A stretch of 64,000 nt of DNA from Gemmatimonadales bacterium. GTDB taxonomy: Bacteria; Gemmatimonadota; Gemmatimonadetes; Gemmatimonadales; GWC2-71-9. Every line of letters begins with the position of its first letter. Positions within the stretch are counted from its first letter, which is position 1. The position numbers and the translations under genes are program-made. The stretch covers positions 9,461 through 73,460 of the forward strand of contig DASUAL010000077.1 in the NCBI GenBank assembly GCA_035763805.1, in the 5' to 3' direction. The notes beneath the pieces are model-generated. The model saw nothing but the letters and a program-made list of their open reading frames with translations, did not search any database and was not told where the DNA came from. Of this stretch, positions 50,329-58,643 are shown in pieces.

Positions 50329-50396
50329 GGGTCAGGTGTCAGGTGCTGGGTGTCAGGCATCCCCGCCCCTGGCACCTGGCACCCGACGCCTGACAC
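50329..50396. repeat. Inverted heptamer-array hairpin (GTGTCAG)n...(CTGACAC)n
   Basis: Four units in each arm, about a 29-bp stem with a 10-nt loop, between convergent fabI and deacetylase. Confidence 0.85.
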
Positions 50397-51192
50397 GCGT
50401 CATAAGGGACGTCCCCACCGCGCACCGGTTCGCCGCATATGCGACCAATCTTCCCACCGCGCCGACCGTATCCCGTTGCAGGCCGAAGGGCACGCTCCCA
50501 ACGTCCCACATGTACACCGGGACCCGCGGCAGGCGCATGGCGGTGCCGGTGTCCCGCACGCCGCCGAAGCCCAGCTCGTAGCCGGCGGCGCGCGCCAGTC
50601 GCTCCACGCGCTCGTTCGCCGCGCCGAACGGATAAGCGACTGCTCCTCCCGCGCCCTCCCCCAGCCGGGCCACGAGCGTGGCGCGCGAGCGGGCCAGCTC
50701 GTCCGCCGCCCGGGCGTCGTCGAGCCATGTCAGCCGCGCGTGCGTCGCCGTGTGCGAGCCGAAGTCGAAGCCGCCCCCCCGGTCCCCGCCCCGCCTCCGC
50801 CACCGCTCCACCGCATCCCAGTCGAGGTGGTCGAGCCGCCGCCACGTGTAGCGTGCGTCCCACGTGTTCGTCCCACCGACGTGATCGGTGACGAGGAACG
50901 TGGTGGCCGTGAAGCCCAGGCCGGCGAGCACGGGGTACGCGCTCTGGGCGAGGCTCGCGTAGCCGTCGTCGAAGGTGAGGAGGAACTCGTTGGCGGACGG
51001 TACGACGCCGCGTTGGACGCGGCCAGCGAACTCGGACAGCGTGAGTGTGCGCCACCCAGCCTTGGCCAGCGCCGTCATTTGGCGCTCGAACACCGAGCGG
51101 GAAACGCGCGTGACCCCGAGCTCGAGCGGGCCGCCGATGCGGTGGTAGCAGAGGACGGGAGGAAGCACGCCGGGCGACGGCGAGGCGGTCAC
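50353..51192 (-). CDS. Polysaccharide deacetylase family protein
   Basis: VLCYHRI, LLTFDDGY, ATTFLV, FGSHTATH, AYPFG. Confidence 0.9.
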   Translation of the reverse strand: MTASPSPGVLPPVLCYHRIGGPLELGVTRVSRSVFERQMTALAKAGWRTLTLSEFAGRVQRGVVPSANEFLLTFDDGYASLAQSAYPVLAGLGFTATTFLVTDHVGGTNTWDARYTWRRLDHLDWDAVERWRRRGGDRGGGFDFGSHTATHARLTWLDDARAADELARSRATLVARLGEGAGGAVAYPFGAANERVERLARAAGYELGFGGVRDTGTAMRLPRVPVYMWDVGSVPFGLQRDTVGAVGRLVAYAANRCAVGTSLMTRVRRRVPGARGGDA

Positions 51193-51500
51193 TGGCGGCC
51201 TTGGAGCCCGAGGATTCTCCTGGGGGTAATCCCGAGGGCTTTCATCTTTTCATTGTAGGTGAAGGCGTACCCCACGACGCAGATCGCGCCGAAGAGAGTC
51301 AGGCCGAGAGCCGCGAAGAGCCTCGGCAAGGCGAGGGGGCCGGCAACACCCAGGAACAGAAGGAAGCTTGCCACCCACGAGAGATATCCCGTGCCGGCGA
51401 TCGCCAGCGGAGGATAGTGGAAGCGCCGAATACCGAGGAAGCAGGCGAGGCCAGCCCAGGTGAACACGGGGATGGTCAAGAGCATGAGGAGTCGGATCAT
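51189..51500 (-). CDS. Small membrane protein
   Basis: Three hydrophobic segments. ATG at 51500 preferred. GTGA coupling to the deacetylase. Confidence 0.6.
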   Translation of the reverse strand: MIRLLMLLTIPVFTWAGLACFLGIRRFHYPPLAIAGTGYLSWVASFLLFLGVAGPLALPRLFAALGLTLFGAICVVGYAFTYNEKMKALGITPRRILGLQGRQ

Positions 51501-51517
51501 GGGGGGAGGGACCGGTG

Positions 51518-51898
51518 CTACATGCGCTCGACCCAGGGCGCGCGCCACTCTGGGGCCGGGAACGGCTTCGACCAGTAGGCAATCTCTTTGGCGATCAGGG
51601 CGTCCCGCATCACGAAGACGAAAACGCACTGATACGGCTCTCCATCGCCGTAGTCGAGGTTGGCCTCCAGCACCCAGACGTCACCGCTGCCGGTCATCCG
51701 CCGCGGCGTGACTCGAGGAAGGGAGGGAAAGCGGCTGTAGATGGCCCGCCGGTTTTGCCCACCCCTGATCCGCTCGCCGGACTGCGGCCACTCCATGACG
51801 ACGTCCTCGGTGAACAGCCTGTCGAGTGCCGCCAGGTCTCTCCCGTTGATCGCCGCCGCGAGCGCTTCGATGGTTGCGCGGTTCCTCGCCTCACTCAT
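51518..51898 (-). CDS. SnoaL/NTF2-like protein
   Basis: LFTEDVVMEWPQSGERIRG, KIAKEIAYW-type ending. GGAGG RBS. Confidence 0.85.
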   Translation of the reverse strand: MSEARNRATIEALAAAINGRDLAALDRLFTEDVVMEWPQSGERIRGGQNRRAIYSRFPSLPRVTPRRMTGSGDVWVLEANLDYGDGEPYQCVFVFVMRDALIAKEIAYWSKPFPAPEWRAPWVERM

Positions 51899-51974
51899 CC
51901 GAGCCTCCTCAGGCTACGCTGCGATGCTGCGAAGGTGCGGGCCAGACGCTGCGGGCGCAACAGCGTTGGACCCA

Positions 51975-52546
51975 TCACGCCGGCCTCGTCACGGCAGACG
52001 CCGCCATGTCCCTGCAGTAGCGGTGAATGAAGTGCACGGCCATCGCTCCCTCACCGGCGGCCGATGTCAGCCGCTTGACCGAGCCCTTGCGGACATCTCC
52101 GGCGACGAACACGCCCGGCGTGGTCGTCTCGAGCAGGTAGGGTTGTCGGTCCAGCGGCCACTCGGGACCTGCTCGACGACCACGGTTCGCAGTCCTTCCG
52201 AAGCAGCGTAGATGGATGCCGACAGCCCCGCGGGCCCTCCTCCGACGATGATCAGGTCGTAAACGCGCGCCTCCGGCTCGGTCTCGAGCCCGAGGCGTTC
52301 CGCGACGGCGCGCACGTCCGGATCCGCAAGGGCGGACCCGTCCGGGAACAGGACGATGGGAAATCGCTCGGGGCCGGGGACCGCGGCCTTCGCCACGGCC
52401 CGTGCCTCGGCGTCACGCTCGACGTCGAGCCACCGGTAAGGGACGCGGCTCCTCGCGAGAAACTGCTTGAGCTCGTGCACACGGGGCGACCAGCGCTGCC
52501 CGATGACGCGCACCTCCCCTTCGACGAAGGTGGGATGAGAGATCAC
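51975..52546 (-). pseudogene. Thioredoxin-reductase-like gene with a large internal deletion
   Basis: The N-part (RVIGQRWS...YDLIIVGGGPAGLSASIYAASEGLRTVVVEQ) is joined out of frame near 52168 to the C-part (PEWPLDRQPYLLETTTPGVFVAGDVRKGSVKRLTSAAGEGAMAV). Confidence 0.85.
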
Positions 52547-52929
52547 GGCGATCGCCCTTCCCTTTCCCCGAGGAGCGTGGCGACGAGCGTCGCCAAGGTG
52601 TCCGCCTCGAACGGCTTGCTGAGAAAGTGATTGGCCCCCAGCGCCAGCGCGTGCCCGCCGACATCAAGCGATCCCGTACCCGTTACCCCGGACATCGCGA
52701 TGATCTTCACCCCGGGCCACTCGCGGCGCAGCCGGTCGATCGTTTGCAGCCCACCCTGCCCGGGCATGAAGATGTCCACGATCACCACGTCAGCCGCGTG
52801 GCGCTCGTGCGCCCGGATCCCGGCATCCCCCTGCGCGGCCTGGCGGACGTCGTGACCGGCCAGCTCCAGATATTTCGTCACGGCTTGTCGGACCGCGACG
52901 TCGTCGTCGATGATCAGGACTCGGGCCAT
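52543..52929 (-). CDS. Single-domain response regulator (CheY-like)
   Basis: RVLIIDDD, VIVDIFMP (phospho-Asp), IIAMSG, FLSKPF. ATG at 52929. Confidence 0.9.
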   Translation of the reverse strand: MARVLIIDDDVAVRQAVTKYLELAGHDVRQAAQGDAGIRAHERHAADVVIVDIFMPGQGGLQTIDRLRREWPGVKIIAMSGVTGTGSLDVGGHALALGANHFLSKPFEADTLATLVATLLGEREGRSP

Positions 52930-53053
52930 GTCGTGCGAGAAGGAGTCGCGTGGAGGTGCGGCCGGACGCACAGGGCATAAGCTGTGCGCGAGCCGGCAGC
53001 ACCACAAGCAGGCACTGTTACAGCGTCGGGCGGATTGACCGGTGCCGGTACGC

Positions 53054-53599
53054 TCACCGCTGCAGCTGCGCCTTGAGCGTGCTGACGAGATGCGATTCGA
53101 GCGTCCCGGTGGATGAGCACCGAACATACTCGCCGGACAAGGTGACCGGCTTTCCACTCGCTTCAATGGTCGTGGCCACCGTCGTGCTCCCCGACGCGCC
53201 CGGCTCCACGCGCGTGAGGATCGAGAGGTGTATCTCGTACGTCTCCGCGCTCGGAGCACCCTGCGAGTCCCCGCAGTCGAGGTAACGGGTGAGCGGGACG
53301 TTCCCGAGCCGCCGGCGCAGCTTGATGCCCGCGTTGCCGATGACGTGGTTCGCGGTATCGAGGCTGGTGACCGGGATCGCCAGTGAGTCGTACACCGCCG
53401 GCAGGACGCGCCACACCTGGTAGAGTGGATACCAGACGGTCTCAACTCTGGCGGCCACGGTCGGCGATGTCGTCAGCTCGATGGTTCGACCGGGACCGAC
53501 GATCCGGACAGTCTCGTCCGGAGTCGGGCGTCCGGGCACGGGGTTCGCTGACGCGCAGCTCGAGAGCGCGACGATGGACAGCATTGCGGTAGCGCGCAT
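53054..53599 (-). CDS. Hypothetical lipoprotein
   Basis: GGAGG RBS; signal MRATAMLSIVALSS-C. Confidence 0.7.
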   Translation of the reverse strand: MRATAMLSIVALSSCASANPVPGRPTPDETVRIVGPGRTIELTTSPTVAARVETVWYPLYQVWRVLPAVYDSLAIPVTSLDTANHVIGNAGIKLRRRLGNVPLTRYLDCGDSQGAPSAETYEIHLSILTRVEPGASGSTTVATTIEASGKPVTLSGEYVRCSSTGTLESHLVSTLKAQLQR

Positions 53600-53675
53600 A
53601 GGTCCTCCAAGGCAGAGTGGTGCAACAACTCCGGCGACGTCTTCGACGGCCTTCCTGACGGCCTCCCATCCAATG

Positions 53676-54010
53676 TCACAACATGCCACCGAGGTGCAGT
53701 AGCAGGACGACCAATGCCATGACTGCCACGCCGCTACGCACGGCGTGCAAGCGGCCCCATCTGGTCAAGAGTGCCGCGGTCCTCGCAGAGCCTGGCTTGA
53801 GGCTCGGGTCCAGCAGCTGCGTGTTCGTAGGAAAGACGACGACCAGCGTGAAGGGGATGACGGGGCCGAGCAGCAGACCGGCGACCACAACAGCAGTTCC
53901 GCGGCCTTGAACCCAGGCGCCGAGGCCGCGAGGAGTCCGACAGCCGCCAGGGTGGCCTGCATGACGGTCGCGCGGCGATAGCTCGGGCGCCACTGGCTGA
54001 CGAGCTTCGG
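53676..54010 (-). pseudogene. DUF1772/anthrone-oxygenase-like membrane protein, 5'-truncated and frameshifted
   Basis: QWRPSYRRATVMQATLAAVG is in one frame and GLGAW...PFTLVVVFPTNTQLL...RWGRLHAVRS in another (shift near 53920). No start codon; abuts the mscL stop. Confidence 0.7.
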
Positions 54011-54310
54011 CTATTTCTTGGTGACGGTTTGTTCCCTCAGCACCTTCTTGGAGAACCAAAACACCAGCCAGGCCACGATGAGAAAGTCCATCCCCGCTCC
54101 GAGAACCGGACCGAGCAGGAAATGTACCGGGCCGACATGGAGGGTTGCGGTTCGCCATGCGCCGCCAGGGATGAAGAACGTCACGATGGGCATGAGGACG
54201 CCATCCACCAGCGCTGAGACCAGGGTGTTGGCCTTACCGCCGATAATGACCGCGATCGCCAGGCCAATTACTCCGTACTGTTTCAGGAACGCGACGAAGT
54301 CGCCGAGCAT
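54011..54310 (-). CDS. mscL: MscL-family mechanosensitive channel (short)
   Basis: FVAFLKQYGVIGLAIAVIIGG, LVDGVLMP, FLIVAWLVF. Confidence 0.8.
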   Translation of the reverse strand: MLGDFVAFLKQYGVIGLAIAVIIGGKANTLVSALVDGVLMPIVTFFIPGGAWRTATLHVGPVHFLLGPVLGAGMDFLIVAWLVFWFSKKVLREQTVTKK

Positions 54311-54376
54311 GAGTGGCTCCTCTCGGTTGGAGAACGGGCGACAACGCGCTTGAGAAGGAGAGGCGTGCGCCCACGC

Positions 54377-54551
54377 CTAACGGTCCGCGGTTGTGAGGCG
54401 AGCCGCAAGGGTCCCGAGGATCAGCATCGCCATCAGTTCGAGCGGCAGCTGCATTAGCGGACGCGAGAATGAAGCCGTGAATCACGATGCCGAGCAGCTG
54501 CGCCGCGAGGAACACTCCCGGGGTGCCGAGGATGAGCGGTTTGCGGGTCAC
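54377..54551 (-). pseudogene. Membrane protein remnant with an internal deletion
   Basis: A GTG-started hydrophobic N-terminus (VFLAAQLLGIVIHGFILAS) is joined out of frame to a hydrophobic C-terminus (ELMAMLILGTLAARL*). Confidence 0.45.
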
Positions 54552-54591
54552 GGTACACTCCGATGGAGAAGGGTCGATGCGACGCCCGGGC

Positions 54592-55134
54592 CTAGGACCG
54601 CGGTGCGGGATGATCCGTGAGGACGGGGAGGAATGGCACAAACGAGCCCACCGCCTCGCGATACTGCTTCGCCATGACTCGGGAGACCTGGGCGACGTGC
54701 CCGAGATCGTGCACCACCCAGGCGGCCAGCAACTGGCGGAGCGTTACCCGTCCGAGACTCGGGTGGGCCCCGGGCAGGTCCAAGTGGGCAGGCGTCAGCC
54801 GCCACGAGCGCAGCAGCCCCAGGTTGGCGGCACGCAATTGGGCGAACTCACTCAGCAAGGCACTCATGGAGCGGCCGACATTTCGGCCTCGATGCCGGAA
54901 CCGGTCGTACGGCTCGAAGCGCAGGTCCGGCCCTCGGCCGAGGATGATCCGCGCCCGCGGAATCCAGTCGGTCTCTTCACCATCGATCAAGTGGCCCACC
55001 ACGTCGAACGGGCTGAAGGTGTCGGGGCCTTCCACCGCTCGGACCCACGGCTCGGCGAGGCCTTCGAGCAGGGCCTGCAGCGTGGCCGGCGTCCGGGCGA
55101 GCACGTCCGTCGATAGATCGAGATCGAAGTGCAT
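54592..55134 (-). CDS. DinB family protein
   Basis: LARTPATL, DVVGHLIDGE, WIPR, AWVVHDLGH. Confidence 0.9.
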   Translation of the reverse strand: MHFDLDLSTDVLARTPATLQALLEGLAEPWVRAVEGPDTFSPFDVVGHLIDGEETDWIPRARIILGRGPDLRFEPYDRFRHRGRNVGRSMSALLSEFAQLRAANLGLLRSWRLTPAHLDLPGAHPSLGRVTLRQLLAAWVVHDLGHVAQVSRVMAKQYREAVGSFVPFLPVLTDHPAPRS

Positions 55135-55155
55135 GAGCCCTCCGTGCGAGCCCGG

Positions 55156-55437
55156 TTACGAGCGGTAGTACGCACCCTTAGGCGGACCGACGAGAAGCTT
55201 CTTCACTTCCTCCAGCGCCCTGGGCGGGATGTTCTTCAGAGACGCCTGATGCGCTTCGGCACTGTCCCACACCTCGATGACCACGATCTGCGTCGGGTCC
55301 TCTTGGTTCTGGAGCAGCTCGCAGGAGTGACAACCGTCCGAGTATTTGATCGTGGGCACGAACGACCGGATGAGGTCTCGAAGAGCGTCGCCCTGGCCCT
55401 CTCTCGCCTGGAACTCGCTGATCCTGGTGATGGTCAC
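55156..55437 (-). CDS. Antibiotic biosynthesis monooxygenase (ABM) family protein
   Basis: GCHSCELLQ, IVVIEVWDSAEAH. Confidence 0.85.
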   Translation of the reverse strand: MTITRISEFQAREGQGDALRDLIRSFVPTIKYSDGCHSCELLQNQEDPTQIVVIEVWDSAEAHQASLKNIPPRALEEVKKLLVGPPKGAYYRS

Positions 55438-55488
55438 TGAGCGGTCCGGTTGTCTCGCTGATCGAGCCGCGGAGTAGTCAGCCGTATG

Positions 55489-55526
55489 TTGAGACTACCA
55501 CCGAGCTGCCCGGCGCACAAACGCAA
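55489..55526 (-). promoter_or_regulatory. 38-bp promoter-like element, copy 1
   Basis: Minus strand TTGCGT-TTGTGC-N17-TAGTCT-CAA. 31/38 identical to 57505-57542. Confidence 0.55.
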
Positions 55527-55734
55527 TTTCTCCCGCCTACGCTTCGCCCGCGACTAGCACCGATCGCGCGCACGACGGCGCAGAGCCCCGCCTTGTCCAA
55601 GATCGAGCGAATCACCTTCCCACCACCCGTTAACCAGGGCACGGTCTCCTTCTGGGGCCCTGTGCTCCATCGGAGCCCTCTCCCGGCAACATCAATCCAC
55701 GAGGGTCGCGACGCCGCGCAGTGAGGAGGGAGCC

Positions 55735-55911
55735 ATGGTGACGCCCAGGGAGCCTTGGGGCTTGAGCTTAGGCGCCCTCGCCGGGGGCACCGGTCACACC
55801 TGCGGGCTCACCAGCGCAGGAGAGACCTGCTGCTGGGGTGACGGCCACTACGGCCGGCTCGGCCGCGGCTCGTTCGGCCACTCTCCGGTTCCGGTGGCGG
55901 TTGCGCCTTAA
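55735..55911 (+). CDS. 58-aa ORF encoding a single RCC1 repeat
   Basis: GAGGAGG RBS. MVTPREPWGLSLGALAGGTGHTCGLTSAGETCCWGDGHYGRLGRGSFGHSPVPVAVAP. Below the ORF-track length cutoff. Confidence 0.6.
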   Translation: MVTPREPWGLSLGALAGGTGHTCGLTSAGETCCWGDGHYGRLGRGSFGHSPVPVAVAP

Positions 55912-57434
55912 CCCGCCCGCGCCACCTCGTACAGGTACTCCACGTACGACCGCACCGCCCCATCGATGCCCTGCACCTTTGAATTCGTCGACTCGATGAG
56001 GTAGTACTCGTCAGGGGCATGCGCGCCGCTGCCGTGGCCGAGTCCGAAATGGCCCGCGGCGAGCCGCAGCGGATCGCCGGTGAACACATAACCCGGCCAA
56101 GACCCGGCGCTGCGCGGCAGGAGGATCGGGTCGATCCGGGAGCGTCGGTACACGCCCTCCTGCGCCCGGATCAGCGTCGCGTCGGCGGGTGTGCTGGTGG
56201 GATCGTAGCCGCCCGTCATGTTCACCTCGATGTCCCCGAACCCTCGCTTCGCCAGGTGCGCCTTGAGCGCCGCCAGCGACTCCGCAGCGGTCATGTCCGG
56301 CACCAGCCGCAGGTCGAGCTTGGCCACCGCCTTGTGTGGAAGGATGGTCTTCCCACCCGGCCCGGTGTATCCGCCGACCAGGCCCTCGATATTGACCGTG
56401 GGGCGCGACATCAGCAGCTCCAGTGCCTCGGGCCAGCTCACGTCACGCACCCAGCGCTCGACACCGAGCAATTTCTTCGCGGCGTTCTCGTCCAAGCGAC
56501 GGGCCGCCGCGGCGATCATCGTCTTCTCGGTTGGGGAGAGCGGACGCGCTTTGTCGGCGAATCCGTCGATCGCAGGATCATTCGCGTCGGGCGAGACCAG
56601 GGTCGCGAGTGCCTGCACCAGGTGCCACGCCGGGCTATCCACGCGAGCCTTGTTGCTCGAATGAATGTCTCGCCGTGGCCCGCGACCCCAGCGCTCGCCG
56701 CTCGACACCAGCTCGCACTCGATCACGCCCTTGGCACCGAGCGTGATGGTCACCTGTCCATCGAGCCCCTGCGCGGCACTGGGCATGACGATTCCGACCG
56801 AGCGCCTGAGCGCGGACAGCACTTCGGGCCGGCGCACGATTTGGGGAAAATGGGGCGAGCCGATCTCCTCCTCGCCCTCGGCGACGAGCACGACATTCAC
56901 CGGGGGCTTCCGGCCGGCCCCGCGGATGGCGTGGAGGGCGGCGAGAAACGCCGCCTCCGGGCCCTTCTGATTCACCGCGCCACGGCCCACCAGCACCTTC
57001 CCCAGACCAGCCTTGTCGACGAGCAGGGCGTCCCAGGGCGCTGAGGTCCACTCCGCCGGGTCCGCCTGCTTCACGTCGTACATGAAGTAGAGTGCCAGCG
57101 TGCGAGGAGCGCCGGCATCGAGCGTGGCGAAGATGCCGGGCTGGCCGTCGGTGGGCACCTTGGTGACCTGGCCGAATCCCGCATCGCGCAGCATCCGCAT
57201 GGTGAGTTCGCAGCCGTCGTTCACGCCCCGGTTCTCGGCCGCGATCGATGGCTGCCGGATCCATTCCTGCAGGCGCTGCACCGTCTCGTCGTGACGCTTT
57301 TCGATCTGCTCGAAAATCGGGGCGAGGTCGGGCTGATTGGTCTGGGCGCGACCCGGCAGGGCGATGGCCACGGCCGTGGCCGTCGCGTCCTGGAGGAAGG
57401 CACGTCGATCGATCAGAGGTGGCTGCAAGCCCAT
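55908..57434 (-). CDS. M20/M25/M40 metallopeptidase with a Tat signal
   Basis: DRRAFL twin-Arg signal, YDVKQAD, GRGAVNQKGP, EGEEEIGS, AHAPDEY. ATG at 57434. Confidence 0.9.
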   Translation of the reverse strand: MGLQPPLIDRRAFLQDATATAVAIALPGRAQTNQPDLAPIFEQIEKRHDETVQRLQEWIRQPSIAAENRGVNDGCELTMRMLRDAGFGQVTKVPTDGQPGIFATLDAGAPRTLALYFMYDVKQADPAEWTSAPWDALLVDKAGLGKVLVGRGAVNQKGPEAAFLAALHAIRGAGRKPPVNVVLVAEGEEEIGSPHFPQIVRRPEVLSALRRSVGIVMPSAAQGLDGQVTITLGAKGVIECELVSSGERWGRGPRRDIHSSNKARVDSPAWHLVQALATLVSPDANDPAIDGFADKARPLSPTEKTMIAAAARRLDENAAKKLLGVERWVRDVSWPEALELLMSRPTVNIEGLVGGYTGPGGKTILPHKAVAKLDLRLVPDMTAAESLAALKAHLAKRGFGDIEVNMTGGYDPTSTPADATLIRAQEGVYRRSRIDPILLPRSAGSWPGYVFTGDPLRLAAGHFGLGHGSGAHAPDEYYLIESTNSKVQGIDGAVRSYVEYLYEVARAG

Positions 57435-57504
57435 AAGCGCCCTCCCGGTCCTGGTGTGGCAGCGTTTCAAGCTGCGGCGCGGCGGGGCACAGCTGCCGCG
57501 AGAA

Positions 57505-57542
57505 TTGAGACTAGCACCCGGCACGCCGGCACACAAACGCAA
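57505..57542 (-). promoter_or_regulatory. 38-bp promoter-like element, copy 2
   Basis: Minus strand TTGCGT-TTGTGT-N17-TAGTCT-CAA. Confidence 0.55.
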
Positions 57543-57613
57543 CGCTCGTCGACAGCGCTCTCGGGGAAGCGTGGCGTTAGACCATCTCCCACAGGCCCGG
57601 ATACCGGCGGACG

Positions 57614-57990
57614 CGGAAGCACCTCGAGAGTGCCGGTCGCCAGGTTGAGCCAGGCGACCGGCACGTCCGCGGCTTGACCTTCAGCCAAGGCCAACCGGCG
57701 GAGTTGTTGCAGGTTCGTCGCTGGAGTGAAGCCGAGATCGAGATCGACGTAGCTCTCCAGTCCCGGCACAACCGCACCGTTGAGAGTCCACACTCTTCCG
57801 GCCGTCCGGACGACAGTGACGTCGACAGCCAGCCGCGGATCTGTCCGTGTCGAGTGCGCCACGCCTGATCGCACGCCACATGATTGCTGAGCCGCGCGGG
57901 GGAGCCGTTGTGGCGGAAGACGGCCGTGCCGTCAAGCTCCCATCCGGCATCGCTTTCCTCGAGGCGACACGCATCGTGCCCGGGGTCAAC
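57614..57990 (-). pseudogene. Putative glycolipid-binding-domain protein, frameshifted and truncated
   Basis: PGHDACRLEESDAGWELDGTAVF...CDQAWRTR is in one frame and WTLNGAVVPGL..VDLDLGFTPATNL..LRRL in another. Truncated after LEVLP. Confidence 0.7.
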
Positions 57991-58128
57991 CCACCAGGAT
58001 CCCGGCCGCGATCAACGACGCGCAGGCTCGCGGCGTCACCGCGCAAACGAGAGGCGGACGCCGACCAGGTGGCGATTCAAGGGAACATCAAGGCGGTGAT
58101 GATTGCGAGGCCCACGGCGGCCGCAACC

Positions 58129-58514
58129 CTACGCCCGAGTGGCGACTCCCTTGGATGACAGGGTCAGCAGGGTAAGGAATCCCTGGCAGATCATCGCCAG
58201 GCCCGCGACGACCATGTACCACTCCATGTCGCCGGTCCGCATGGCGAGGCGTGCTGTACCGACGATGGTCAGCCCACCGAATGGGATTAGGCTCGCGGCG
58301 AACGCGAGAATGCGGCGGTCGCTCAGCGGTTTTGCGGGCCGCGACGACCAGAGCCGCCGAACCGTGGCCGCGCCAACAGCCAGAATGAATGTCCCGGCCT
58401 CCAGCTTGGTGAACATCCACGGTGCTCCGCCCTCGCGATCGAGAAGCGACACGATGATCAAGACCCCCAGCGCGATGAAGCTCGTGAATGCGGCGCGCTG
58501 CGGAGCCCCTTCAC
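58129..58514 (-). pseudogene. Membrane protein, probably frameshifted near its 5' end
   Basis: Four-TM-like ORF. The only SD-supported start (GTG at 58514) is out of frame. Confidence 0.4.
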
Positions 58515-58643
58515 ACCCCCGTACTCCCAAACCCTCCCCCGCGTCACCGAAACCGGCTCGGTGCCGCAGTCTGCTTCGCGGGTAAGGCAGCCCTTCATGA
58601 TGCGGCGGCCGGCGCACCTGCACCACCGGGGGAGGCCGCACCG

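Noticed and set aside
54340-54460. GTTAGGC/GCCTAAC resembling an integron attC core within an array of small same-strand genes
   Set aside because: The TAG is a gene stop and the local structure is a 7-bp terminator-like hairpin. There is no paired R''/L''/L'/R' architecture, no repeats at other gene junctions and no integrase.
58050-58128. Hydrophobic fragment with an internal stop (VAAAVGLAIITALMFP*)
   Set aside because: Too short to assign as a gene remnant with confidence.
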